Shown here one piece after another: positions 20,241 through 29,520 of a stretch of 64,000 nucleotides of DNA; positions within the stretch are counted from its first letter, which is position 1; every line of letters starts with the position of its first letter. The notes below the pieces were generated by a model, which did no database searches, had not been told where the DNA came from, and saw nothing but the letters and a program-made list of their open reading frames with translations. This DNA comes from Promineifilum sp. (lineage in GTDB: Bacteria; Chloroflexota; Anaerolineae; Promineifilales; Promineifilaceae): NCBI GenBank assembly GCA_017983515.1, contig JAGOBF010000012.1, positions 43,105 through 107,104 of the forward strand, given 5' to 3'. Position numbers and translations under genes: made by a program.

Positions 20241-20311
20241 GTTCGGAGTCCCCGTTGCGGTGAGTAATGTGTGGATTGGCTGATAGTCGGCTAAATCAGG
20301 ATCATTGTTAC

Positions 20312-20341
20312 TTGACGAGTGGGCCGTCGGCTCATTAAAAT
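20312..20341 (+). promoter_or_regulatory. Putative promoter of htrA
   Basis: TTGACG-18 nt-TAAAAT. Confidence 0.55.
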
Positions 20342-20411
20342 ACAAGTCATCTTCCCCCTCACAAGTCCGTTCAGGGGAATCATGCGCACCAGCTTCACAT
20401 AATCTTTACCA

Positions 20412-21614
20412 ATGGACCGTCTTAAAAATTCGCCCCTACTCTTCCTTGTTGTTCTGCTCGTTTTCTCCGCGCTAGCTTGTCAGGCCTTATCAACCAATGT
20501 ACCGGAGAGTAATTCGAATGGCGACGACCGCCAGGCAGTGGTCGATGAAGTCGTCGCCACGGTTGTGGCTCAATTGCCCGCTCAGACGGCGGCCGGCACT
20601 TCGATATCCTCCACGACCCAGATCGCACCCCTCGCCACCGACATTGAGAGTGGCCTCATCAGCCTGTACCAACGTGTGAATCCATCCGTCGTCAACATCT
20701 TCGTCCTCGATGAACAATCGTTTGTGTTGGGCACGGGCAGCGGGTTTGTCTACGATAACGACGGTCATATTATCACGAATAATCACGTCGTGACCGGCGC
20801 TAGCGGTTTGGAAGTCGTATTCCCGAACGGTGAGCGTCGCGCGGCCGAGATTATCGGCACCGATGTGGACAGCGATCTGGCCGTTATCAAGATCGACGGC
20901 CTGCCCGACGGCGTGTTACCCCTTCCCTTGGGCAATTCCAATGACATTCAGGTGGGCCAGTTTGCAGTGGCAATTGGCAATCCGTTCGGCGAAGCCGGGT
21001 CTTTTTCCCTGGGGATTATCAGCGGGCTGGGCCGTACGCTGACGTCGGATCGCATTGCCGAAGGGGGCGGCCGCTACTCATTGCCCAAAGTTATTCAGAC
21101 TGACGCGGCCATCAACCCCGGCAACTCCGGCGGGCCGCTCCTGAATCTGGCCGGCGAGGTGATCGGCGTCAATAGCGCCATTCGCACCAGCACGGGCACG
21201 AATTCCGGCGTCGGCTTCTCCATCCCGGTCAATGCTGTCAGCCGGGTAATTCCCTCGCTGATCGCCGAAGGCATCTACCACTATCCCTTTATCGGCATTC
21301 GCATGACCCCTCTCGACCTTGCGGCGCAGGAAGAGATGGGGTTGCCCCAGGCCAGCGGGGCCTACGTGACAGACATTACCCCCGGCAGCCCGGCCGACGA
21401 AGCGGGCCTGATCGCCAGTGGATTCAACGATACAGTCGGCATTCTGCCCGGCGGTGATTTGATCATCGCTGTCGACGGTCAGCCGGTTGGCAGTCCAGAT
21501 GATCTGATCAGTTTTCTTGTATTCGACGCCGAAGTGGGTCAGACGATTACCTTGAGGGTCATTCGTGATGGGACGGAAATTGACGTGCCTCTGACGCTCG
21601 CTGAACGCCAATAG
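20412..21614 (+). CDS. HtrA/DegP-family serine protease with one PDZ domain, lipoprotein
   Basis: Lipobox ALAC; triad motifs TNNHV, DLAV, GNSGG; QTDAAINPGNSGGPL. Confidence 0.94.
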   Translation: MDRLKNSPLLFLVVLLVFSALACQALSTNVPESNSNGDDRQAVVDEVVATVVAQLPAQTAAGTSISSTTQIAPLATDIESGLISLYQRVNPSVVNIFVLDEQSFVLGTGSGFVYDNDGHIITNNHVVTGASGLEVVFPNGERRAAEIIGTDVDSDLAVIKIDGLPDGVLPLPLGNSNDIQVGQFAVAIGNPFGEAGSFSLGIISGLGRTLTSDRIAEGGGRYSLPKVIQTDAAINPGNSGGPLLNLAGEVIGVNSAIRTSTGTNSGVGFSIPVNAVSRVIPSLIAEGIYHYPFIGIRMTPLDLAAQEEMGLPQASGAYVTDITPGSPADEAGLIASGFNDTVGILPGGDLIIAVDGQPVGSPDDLISFLVFDAEVGQTITLRVIRDGTEIDVPLTLAERQ

Positions 21615-21709
21615 TCGGCCGGCGCAGCAAGGTTGTGAGGCCATTATCTAGCAGCGCCGACTGCCGCTTGGCCGGCAGCAGCGGCGACCATGGCAAGTAG
21701 GAGGTATTC

Positions 21710-22825
21710 ATGTTTAGCCAGGAGCATATGCAAGAGCTGGTTACTTATGATGACAACGGCAGCGGAGTTGTCAGTATCTATCTGGATACCGACGTCACGC
21801 GACAGTCCGTGGAGGCGATTAAGTTGACCGCCAGAGGCCTTCTAAAGGAAGTGCAGCCACAGATGGACAAGGAGGCGCAGACCATCGAACGGTATCTTGA
21901 CCTGAGCTATGACTGGACCAAGCCGGGACTGGCGCTGTTCTGCGCCCGTGGGGGCGACTTCTTCCGGGCCTACGGTTCACCCGTCCCCTTTCGCAACCGC
22001 GTTCGCCTCACTGCCCAACCGTATATTAAGCCACTAACACACTTGCTCGATCATTACGCCCACTTCGGAGTCATCGTCGTCGACCGCGTGGGCGGAAAAT
22101 TCTATGAGTACCACCTGGGCGAGCTACAGGCCGATGGTAGCTTCAGCGGGGAGGTCGTTCGCCGCATTAAGGACGGGGGCGGCTCGTCGGCCGTCGGCCG
22201 GCGCGGCGGAGGCAGCAGCGGCCCGAGCGGCGGCCGGCACGAGGACGAAGTGGCCGCCCGCAATATGCGCGATTGTGCCGCCGCGGCCAACCAGTTTTTC
22301 GCCAATCGCCCTATTCGCCGGCTATTCCTGGGAGGCACGAGCGAAAATGTGGCCCAGTTCAGGGATATGCTGCCCAAACAGTTGCAGAGTTGTCTGGTCG
22401 GTTCGTTCCCCATGGACATCGACGTCGGGGAAGCGGAGGTACGCCAGCGCGCTCTGAATCTGCTGCGGGACGTCAACGCCGAGCGCGAGGGCAAGCTGGT
22501 TGAACGCATGATCACCCTCAATGCTCAGGGTGCCAATGCCGCCACGGGCCTGGACGACGTGCTGCAGGCGATATCCGACCAGCGCGTTGAGACGTTGATC
22601 ATCAGCGACGGCTATCGCGCCCCCGGCTATCGTCATGACTCGTCGGGCTTCCTGGTCTCTAATCTGGCCCGTAGCCCGTTGGCCGAGACGGAACTGACCG
22701 AAGTAGCCGACATCGTCGAGACGGCCGTCGCCCAGGCGGTGTCGCTGGGAGGCCACGTTGAGGTCATCAGCGATAGTCCCGATCTGGAAGACGTGGGCCG
22801 AATCGGGGCGATTCTGCGCTACTAG
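21710..22825 (+). CDS. Bacterial archaeo-eukaryotic release factor (baeRF, eRF1/pelota-like) family protein
   Basis: VVSIYLD N-terminus, GLALF, PYIKPL, VVDR, LFLGG middle domain, L7Ae-like C-domain (ATGLDDVL...RVETLII) ending IGAILRY. Confidence 0.8.
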   Translation: MFSQEHMQELVTYDDNGSGVVSIYLDTDVTRQSVEAIKLTARGLLKEVQPQMDKEAQTIERYLDLSYDWTKPGLALFCARGGDFFRAYGSPVPFRNRVRLTAQPYIKPLTHLLDHYAHFGVIVVDRVGGKFYEYHLGELQADGSFSGEVVRRIKDGGGSSAVGRRGGGSSGPSGGRHEDEVAARNMRDCAAAANQFFANRPIRRLFLGGTSENVAQFRDMLPKQLQSCLVGSFPMDIDVGEAEVRQRALNLLRDVNAEREGKLVERMITLNAQGANAATGLDDVLQAISDQRVETLIISDGYRAPGYRHDSSGFLVSNLARSPLAETELTEVADIVETAVAQAVSLGGHVEVISDSPDLEDVGRIGAILRY

Positions 22826-22844
22826 CCGGCAATTCGCTAACCCA

Positions 22845-22879
22845 GGGCGGCCGCCTCATAGGAGACGGCCGCCCCTTTT
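22845..22879 (+). terminator. Intrinsic terminator after baeRF gene
   Basis: GGGCGGCCG...CGGCCGCCC stem then CTTTT. Confidence 0.7.
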
Positions 22880-22901
22880 ATTAGCTCGCCTTTCGCTACC
22901 T

Positions 22902-23567
22902 GTGACGCCTCCTCTTTCTCTGCTCGACTATCTGACCGAAGTGGGTTCGGCTGCGGTTTTTAATCCCTACGCCGGCCAGGATCAACCCAGCAAGATTCGC
23001 TGTCACAATTTAATGCTTTACTTGCAGCGGATGAGGGAGCGACGGCCGCGGCTCTTGCTGCTGGGCGAAGCGCTTGGCTACCGCGGAGGGCGAGTGACGG
23101 GTGTGCCTTTTACCAGCCAGTCGATTATGCTGGGCGACGATCTGCCTCACGGTTTGTTCGGCCGGGCGGCCGGGTTTCTGGGCGTGGACGAGAGCACGTG
23201 GCGCTGCGAGGCGACGGCCACGATTATCTGGCAAACTCTGGGTGAACTCAACGTGTTGCCCCTTCTCTGGAACGCCTTTCCCTATCATCCCCATCAGCTG
23301 GAGCGCCCGGCGACCAACCGGACGCCCACGACTCGCGAGATGGACCTGGGCCGCGATTCCCTGACGTATCTGCTGGATGCATTCGCGATCGAGCAGGTTA
23401 TCGCCGTGGGCAACCGGCCGGCTGCGGCGTTGGCCCGCTGGGGGCTGCCGGCGCTGCGGGTTCGTCACCCGGCCCACGGGGGAAAGACGGCTTTCCGGCG
23501 GGAGTTGGGCGCGATCATCACCGCCAGGGGCGACGGTATGGCTTACGGCTCCAGAGCGGAGAAATAA
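22902..23567 (+). CDS. Uracil-DNA glycosylase-like superfamily protein (start uncertain; GTG 22902)
   Basis: GEALGYRGGRVTGVPFTS, WNAFPYHPH, NRTPT, RHPAHGG; overlaps convergent gene by 25 nt. Confidence 0.78.
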   Translation: MTPPLSLLDYLTEVGSAAVFNPYAGQDQPSKIRCHNLMLYLQRMRERRPRLLLLGEALGYRGGRVTGVPFTSQSIMLGDDLPHGLFGRAAGFLGVDESTWRCEATATIIWQTLGELNVLPLLWNAFPYHPHQLERPATNRTPTTREMDLGRDSLTYLLDAFAIEQVIAVGNRPAAALARWGLPALRVRHPAHGGKTAFRRELGAIITARGDGMAYGSRAEK

Positions 23568-25117
23568 TCGCGAATGACCCCCTGCAAACCGGCCGGGATG
23601 TTGCCTCTGCCCAACGCCTCGAAGGCCGTGGCGCGATACTCGCCAAAAACCTGATCGTAGGGCACCAGACTGCCGCCCTGAACCGGAGGGGCTGCCGGCG
23701 CTTGGCCTCCGACTGGGCCGCAGGCGGCCGGATCGGACAGACATTGTACGTCCAGTTCCAGCGCCTGACCCTGGCCTTCCAGATCGGCCGGACGCGGGAC
23801 AAAGACACTTTCGACGTGACCGCCGCCCGGAGCGGGGCCACCGACAGTGTCACCCGACTGAGCACCGCCGTTGGCGCCGTTGGCGCCGCCCGGTTCGCCC
23901 TGGCCGTCAGGGGAGGAGCTGGTTTCGCCCTCGCCCGACGTGATCGGCTCGCCCGTTCCACCCTGGGCGACTTCGCCGCGCGCCGCCTCGAGTTGGTCGG
24001 CCGCGCCGGATGCCTGAGCGGCCGTCGTCGCCGACTGTGAACGCTCGTTTAACGTGGCCGCCACCTCGCCTAGAGCAGTCTGAGCGGCGGCCGTATCGCC
24101 GTCGGCCAGGGCCTCGGCCGCGCGCTCGAGAGCCTGGGCCAGTTCGGCATCGGCCGCTCCAAGGGCTGCGGCCGCTTCCGCCAGTTGGTCGGCCAGCGTT
24201 GCCGCCGTCCCGCCATCCAGATCGCTCAAAGAATCGGCCAGATCAGCCGCTGCGTCGCCGGCTTGTCCCGGCTGCCCCGCTTGCAGCGCCGTGGCGAACT
24301 CGCCGGCCAGGCCCTGATCGCCAAGAGGAGCGGCGGCTGCGGCCAAAGCCTCGTTGAGCGACGTTGGGTCAAGCTCGCGGCTCAGGGCGCGCAGTTCGGC
24401 CTCGGCCTGCGAGATGGCGGCGACAGCCTCTTCCCGGCTAAGCCCCGGCTCGTTGAGCGTCGCCAATGCCTCCTCCAACGGCCGCAGGAGCGCCTCGCGC
24501 TGCTCATCATTTAAAGTTTCATCGGCCGTGAGGTCAGTCGCCAATTCGCCCAGGGCCTCTGCCTGCTGCTCAATGACTTCGGCCAGAGCGCGTTGCTCTC
24601 GCAAGATGGCCTCCTGCGGGTTGGGCAATAACAGTGCCAGAGTCAGCAGGAGGCCGACGACCAGACTGGGCAACCAGTCGGGCAGCCGGAAACTCAAGGG
24701 GAGCAGGTGATGAACGTCGACGGTCGTGGTTGCCGCGAGCGCGTCGCTGAGCTGTCGGCTCGCCATCGCCTCATCGACCGGCAGCCGGCCGGACTGGATC
24801 TCGACGGCGGTTGTCATTCGCTCGCGCAGGCCGAAGTGGCGGTCGGCGAAGCGGGCCTGCGCCGGGAGCGAACGACGGCGCAACAGAACCACCAAGCCTG
24901 TTATGACGAGGCTGGCCAGGGCCGCACCCAGCGCCAGCCAAACCAGCTCGCTGCGCGCCATCAGCGGCCGCGTCCGGCTGAGCAGCGCCGCGAACAGCGC
25001 CACGGACAGACCGGCCGCCAGACCCAGCGGCAGTCGCCAAAGGAGCTCCTGCCGCCGCCGCCGGACGTCCCACGCGGCCAGACTGGCTTGCAGCATGTTG
25101 AAAGGGTTGCCGGTCAT
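23543..25117 (-). CDS. Membrane-anchored coiled-coil protein with G/Q-rich linker
   Basis: Three TM segments, ADRHFGLRERMTTA motif, A/E/L helical repeats, C-terminal VPYDQVFGEY...IRDYFSAL. Confidence 0.75.
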   Translation of the reverse strand: MTGNPFNMLQASLAAWDVRRRRQELLWRLPLGLAAGLSVALFAALLSRTRPLMARSELVWLALGAALASLVITGLVVLLRRRSLPAQARFADRHFGLRERMTTAVEIQSGRLPVDEAMASRQLSDALAATTTVDVHHLLPLSFRLPDWLPSLVVGLLLTLALLLPNPQEAILREQRALAEVIEQQAEALGELATDLTADETLNDEQREALLRPLEEALATLNEPGLSREEAVAAISQAEAELRALSRELDPTSLNEALAAAAAPLGDQGLAGEFATALQAGQPGQAGDAAADLADSLSDLDGGTAATLADQLAEAAAALGAADAELAQALERAAEALADGDTAAAQTALGEVAATLNERSQSATTAAQASGAADQLEAARGEVAQGGTGEPITSGEGETSSSPDGQGEPGGANGANGGAQSGDTVGGPAPGGGHVESVFVPRPADLEGQGQALELDVQCLSDPAACGPVGGQAPAAPPVQGGSLVPYDQVFGEYRATAFEALGRGNIPAGLQGVIRDYFSALEP

Positions 25118-26064
25118 ACGTCGCTGATCCGCCGCACGCGGCGCACGGTGGCGACGTAAAACACAATGGCGGCCGCCAGGTGCAGAATGATGAACAACGT
25201 CCAGGGGGAGAAGATCCAGATCGAGTGCGTGCCGACAAAATGAGTGTAGCCGAGGAGCGTGTCTTCGCTGAGGAGAAGCACCTCGCTGACGATTAGCGTG
25301 GCCGGCAGGTTGAGGGCTGCCAGAAGAAGGCCGATATACGTCAGGACGATCTCGAACGCCGGGGTGGGGGCAGTCAGCGCGGCACTGGTCGCGTTAAGCG
25401 TGCTGACGAAGAACAGTCCGGTGAAGGCGAGCATTGGGATGCCGAAGGTGATGAACAGCGTGCCGGCAAAGGTGGCGACCGTGGCCGTCAGCGTCGAACG
25501 CATGGCCGCCGAACACCACAAGCCATAGAGCGCATAGGTGATGGCGGCGATCAGCACCAACACCTGTGACAGCACCAGTTCCACCCCGGAAAGCCCGCCC
25601 AGCAGGAAAGCCAGACTTTGCAGGGGAATCGACACCGCCGCCAGCAGGAGGATATAGCTCAATGACGAGATGAGTTTGCCCAATACGAACGATTCGGCCG
25701 ACAGCAAAGTCGTGCGCAGTAGGTCGAAGGTTTGCCGCTCGCGCTCGCCGCTGATGGCCCCCGCCGTGAAGGCCGGGCCGATGAAGGCTACCAGCAGGAC
25801 CTGCACGCCGAGGATGGCGGCAAAGATGCCCTTTCCGGCCGACCGGGCCATGGTGCTACTGGGCGCGCCGGCGCTTGACAGAAAAATAAGATAGACGGCG
25901 ATAAGCACCACTGCGAGGATGACCAGGTAGAGCGTCAGTACAGCAAACGCCCGGCGGCCGCGCATGCGGCTGCGCAGTTCCTTCGTCGTGACGGGATTGT
26001 TGAACAACCGGGTCAGGGGCTTATGTCTTTCGGTGGGTGGGCTAGCGGTCGTCTCAGCCATCAA
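25114..26064 (-). CDS. ABC-2 type transporter permease
   Basis: NPVTTKELRSRMR, ISGERERQTFDLLRTTLLS...LGKL, multiple TM helices. Confidence 0.88.
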   Translation of the reverse strand: MMAETTASPPTERHKPLTRLFNNPVTTKELRSRMRGRRAFAVLTLYLVILAVVLIAVYLIFLSSAGAPSSTMARSAGKGIFAAILGVQVLLVAFIGPAFTAGAISGERERQTFDLLRTTLLSAESFVLGKLISSLSYILLLAAVSIPLQSLAFLLGGLSGVELVLSQVLVLIAAITYALYGLWCSAAMRSTLTATVATFAGTLFITFGIPMLAFTGLFFVSTLNATSAALTAPTPAFEIVLTYIGLLLAALNLPATLIVSEVLLLSEDTLLGYTHFVGTHSIWIFSPWTLFIILHLAAAIVFYVATVRRVRRISDV

Positions 26065-26106
26065 TGCAGCTCATTATAGCTTTTCGAGGGTGCGATAGGC
26101 GTATCT

Positions 26107-27066
26107 TTAATCGGCCGTTCCCTTCGTGACCTGCAAAAAGACATCTTCCAGATCGCCCGACTCCTCATTAAAGGTCAGAATGGGCCAACCGCGGCCGATG
26201 GCCCGCGCCAACAGTTCGCTCAGGGCGACGTCGTCGCCGCCGAAATCGATCTGTAGCTTCGGCGGCGCGTCGCCGTTTGCCGCAGTGACGGACTGCACGC
26301 CCGGCTCGCCGCGCAACCAGAGCGTGGCTTCTTCCACGTCGAGGGTTGCTCCGGGCACAAAGCGCATTGTGATCATCCGGTGGGCGCGCAGGCGACCCAT
26401 CATGTCCGTCACATTGCCCGCGGCGACCAGACGGCCGTTTTCGAGAATGCCGATACTGGTGCAGATGTCGGCCACCTCCGACAGGATATGGGACGAGAAG
26501 AAGATCGTCTTGCCCATTTTCTGCAGCTCGCGCAGCAGTTCGCGCATCTCGATGCGCGCCCGCGGGTCGAGGCCGCCGGCCGGCTCGTCGAGAATGAGAA
26601 CCTGCGGGTCGTGGGCCAACGTGCGCGCCAGGCACAGACGTTGCTTCATGCCGCGGCTTAGCGTCTCGACGTAGGCCTCTCGCTTGTGACCCAGGTCGAC
26701 CAGCGCCAGCAGATCGTCGATCATGCCCGTGCGGGCCGTGGGGGGAATGTCGTAGCAGGCGGCGAAAAAATCGAGATACTCCCAAACCTTCATATCCTCA
26801 TAGACGCCGAAGAAGTCGGGCATGTAGCCGATCACCCGGCGCACGGCTTGAGGATCATCGATCACCGAGTGGCCGGCAATGTAGGCTTCGCCCGACGTCG
26901 GCCGCAACAACGTCGTGAGCATACGCATCGTCGTGGTCTTGCCCGCGCCATTGGGGCCGATGAAGCCAAAGACGGCCCCTTCCTCGATGCGGAGGTTGAG
27001 GGCATCCACCGCCGTCAGATCGCCGTATTGTTTCGTCAGATCGTTCAGTTCGATGATCGCTGTCAT
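26107..27066 (-). CDS. ABC transporter ATP-binding protein
   Basis: GPNGAGKTT, LSRGMKQR, LILDEP, SSHIL; ATGA overlap with upstream gene. Confidence 0.95.
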   Translation of the reverse strand: MTAIIELNDLTKQYGDLTAVDALNLRIEEGAVFGFIGPNGAGKTTTMRMLTTLLRPTSGEAYIAGHSVIDDPQAVRRVIGYMPDFFGVYEDMKVWEYLDFFAACYDIPPTARTGMIDDLLALVDLGHKREAYVETLSRGMKQRLCLARTLAHDPQVLILDEPAGGLDPRARIEMRELLRELQKMGKTIFFSSHILSEVADICTSIGILENGRLVAAGNVTDMMGRLRAHRMITMRFVPGATLDVEEATLWLRGEPGVQSVTAANGDAPPKLQIDFGGDDVALSELLARAIGRGWPILTFNEESGDLEDVFLQVTKGTAD

Positions 27067-29051
27067 GGCGCTTGTTGTACCGGTATTTCCAGCAGCAGGA
27101 GCGTCGCTCCCGTCTGGGTCAGGTCGTCGGTGGAGATGTTGACCGGCTGGATGCCGCTCGCCAACCATCCACCCAACGTCACGCTTTCCGTGGGACTGGG
27201 CACTTCTATTCCCTCAATTGTTTCGCCGGTGTATTGAGACTGGATGAGCTGCCACCGTGGGTAGGCTTCGGGGTCGCTGTAATAATCAATCGTGCCAAGG
27301 ATGACTGCTGGGTCGGTCAGCAACGGATTAAGGTCGATGACACTCGACGGGAACATGGGATCCGGCGTGGGGGATGCGCCGGTGGGGCCGGTTGGCAGGG
27401 GGATCGAGAGCGTCCGCTCTTCGCCCGGAGCGACGTCGCCCAATGACGACTGTTTCTGTCCGTGGAGGATGATGGCGTTTTCCAGCGTTTGGCCCGAATC
27501 GTTGCGGACGATCACGTCGACCGCGTCTCCCTCGGCCGACAGAGTCGCCGTGGCCGTCACCGACGGCCGGGGCAGGTGGGCGTTGACGATAAATGTGGCT
27601 ACTTCGCTCGTGTCTGTCCGCACCTGGCTCAGGGTCACTTCCCCCGCGCGCACGATGGCATCGAGGTTGCCGCTGCTGACCAGCGTACCGAACCCTTGTT
27701 GAAATGGGAAGGCGCTTGCATCATAGGGCAGCGTGAGGTCGTAGCGGGCTCGTCGCGGCGAATAGAGGCCTATGACCGATTGCGTTTGCAACCGCTCGGC
27801 GTCGGCCGCGCCGAAAGCTATCGACATCATGTTCAGCGTGGGGCCGCTGCCCCGCGTGCGAAAGCCGGTGAAAAACGTGAGGGCGCTAAACAGCAGGACC
27901 AGGGCCGGCGTGGTGATCCAGGCCAACTCGCGGCGATTGAGGCGGCGCAACACGAGGAAATGGATCGGCCCGATGATGAGGATGTAGATGAACAGGAAGA
28001 AAAACAATTGCCAGAACGACGGCAAGCTGAGGCCGGATATGTAGGATACCGATTGGGCGGCGGCGTAGCCATCGTTGATACCCTGGCCCCAGGGCAGCCC
28101 ATCGGGCGTGCCGGCAGCAACCCGACTCCAGATGACTTCGGCTCCTGGCCAGCCCGACAGGGGGGCTGCCTTCGGGTCGAGCGCCAGGAAAGTGACCGCC
28201 CCCCGACCTACGGCGCGCGAGGCCACCAGCGGCAACCCGTCTTGCTCAAGCCACACCTTTCCCTCACCCAATACGCTGGTGGTAACGACGTAAGGGCCGA
28301 TTGCCCCCAAGGGTTCGCCGGCCGCCTCGCTCAAAGCCGGCAGATCGACCAGCGACGTCGCGCCGCTGACGGAGACCGGCAACAGATCAGCCACCCCCGC
28401 GGCCGTCTTGGCCCCGCCCGCTCCGCCGGTGACGACGAGTTGTCCCCCGCTCTCTAACCACGCGTGTAGCGCGGCTCGCTGGGCGGCTGTCAGGCGGCCG
28501 GTATCGGTGTCGTCGATGATCAATATGTCCAGGGCGTCCCAGGCCGAAGAGACCTCCGGCAGGTCGGCCAATTGCAAATAGGCAACGGCCGCGTCCGTTC
28601 GGCGGCCGGGCACAGTCTCCAAAAAGGCCAGCCCACCCGGATCGGGGCTGATGACGCCATAGAATAATTCGTTGCGGTTGACGGTATTGAGCCGGTTGGT
28701 GCGCGTCTCGGCGACGGCCACGCCATCGCTGACAAGCTGCACAACGAGATTGCCGCCACTGAAAGGCTCGACGTAGAGGGTTAGAGGCACGCGTTTATCG
28801 GCGCCGGTGGGCAGCGTGATCGGGGCGCTATAAACCAGCCCGCTGGAACCGGCCGTGGCCGACGCGAACACGCGAATTTCGCCCTCGAACGGCGCGCCGT
28901 CGTTGCGGGCCGAGACGACGACGGGAACAGTCGTCATCGGCTCATAAAGACCATCGAAACCGGCCTCTGCGGTCAGGGTCAGCCCGTCCTCCTGCACAAG
29001 CGTCAGGAGAAAGAGGAGGAGGAACCGGATGAGCAGCAGGGACAGGGGCAT
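27063..29051 (-). CDS. Large secreted/membrane protein with class I glutamine-amidotransferase-like domain
   Basis: Signal peptide, beta-rich N-domain, DILIIDD...AWLESGGQLVVTGG...LLPV and GRGAVTFLALD segment, TM hairpin YILIIGPIHFLVLRRLNRRELAWITTP, second extracytoplasmic domain. Confidence 0.72.
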   Translation of the reverse strand: MPLSLLLIRFLLLFLLTLVQEDGLTLTAEAGFDGLYEPMTTVPVVVSARNDGAPFEGEIRVFASATAGSSGLVYSAPITLPTGADKRVPLTLYVEPFSGGNLVVQLVSDGVAVAETRTNRLNTVNRNELFYGVISPDPGGLAFLETVPGRRTDAAVAYLQLADLPEVSSAWDALDILIIDDTDTGRLTAAQRAALHAWLESGGQLVVTGGAGGAKTAAGVADLLPVSVSGATSLVDLPALSEAAGEPLGAIGPYVVTTSVLGEGKVWLEQDGLPLVASRAVGRGAVTFLALDPKAAPLSGWPGAEVIWSRVAAGTPDGLPWGQGINDGYAAAQSVSYISGLSLPSFWQLFFFLFIYILIIGPIHFLVLRRLNRRELAWITTPALVLLFSALTFFTGFRTRGSGPTLNMMSIAFGAADAERLQTQSVIGLYSPRRARYDLTLPYDASAFPFQQGFGTLVSSGNLDAIVRAGEVTLSQVRTDTSEVATFIVNAHLPRPSVTATATLSAEGDAVDVIVRNDSGQTLENAIILHGQKQSSLGDVAPGEERTLSIPLPTGPTGASPTPDPMFPSSVIDLNPLLTDPAVILGTIDYYSDPEAYPRWQLIQSQYTGETIEGIEVPSPTESVTLGGWLASGIQPVNISTDDLTQTGATLLLLEIPVQQAP

Positions 29052-29054
29052 GGA

Positions 29055-29339
29055 CTACCAAAATTCGATGCTGTAGGCGGCGATCGGTACGTCAGGACGG
29101 TGGGTTTCGACCCAGGCCACAGATTTCTCCAGCAGCCGGTGCAGATGAGCCTTATCGTTGCCGACGGCGGCCAGTCCGATGACGGCCGTGCCCCAGAGAT
29201 CGTGGCCGTCGACTTCGGCTACGGACAGGTTGAACTCACGTTGCAAATGCACGATGACCGGTTTGACGATGCTCCGCTTTTCCTTCAGCGATCGCACTCC
29301 CTCCAGCTCCAGCGTGATGATGCACGTGCCCACGAACAT
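29055..29339 (-). CDS. DUF503 (YlxP-like) protein
   Basis: SLKEKRSIVK, FNLSVAEV, D.W...IG motifs. Confidence 0.88.
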   Translation of the reverse strand: MFVGTCIITLELEGVRSLKEKRSIVKPVIVHLQREFNLSVAEVDGHDLWGTAVIGLAAVGNDKAHLHRLLEKSVAWVETHRPDVPIAAYSIEFW

Positions 29340-29520
29340 GGCTGCAATTGTCCTCGAAGCCTACGTTGGTGCAAATGAGGGCTGGGTGAGTCATGAAGAG
29401 GCTTAAAGTCTACCTTAAGGGAAATCCCGTATAGCATTAAGGTATTGCATATACTGATCAGGTAAAGTGATATCGAGATGGTTTGTTTATCTATTTTTAT
29501 GAGTGAGAATGCATTCGGAC

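Noticed and set aside
22758-22901. N-terminal extension of the UDG-like ORF in the ORF track
   Set aside because: Overlaps the baeRF gene and crosses a terminator; later start preferred
29390-29445. TTAA direct repeats as a response-regulator site
   Set aside because: Irregular spacing in AT-rich DNA; not enough to call
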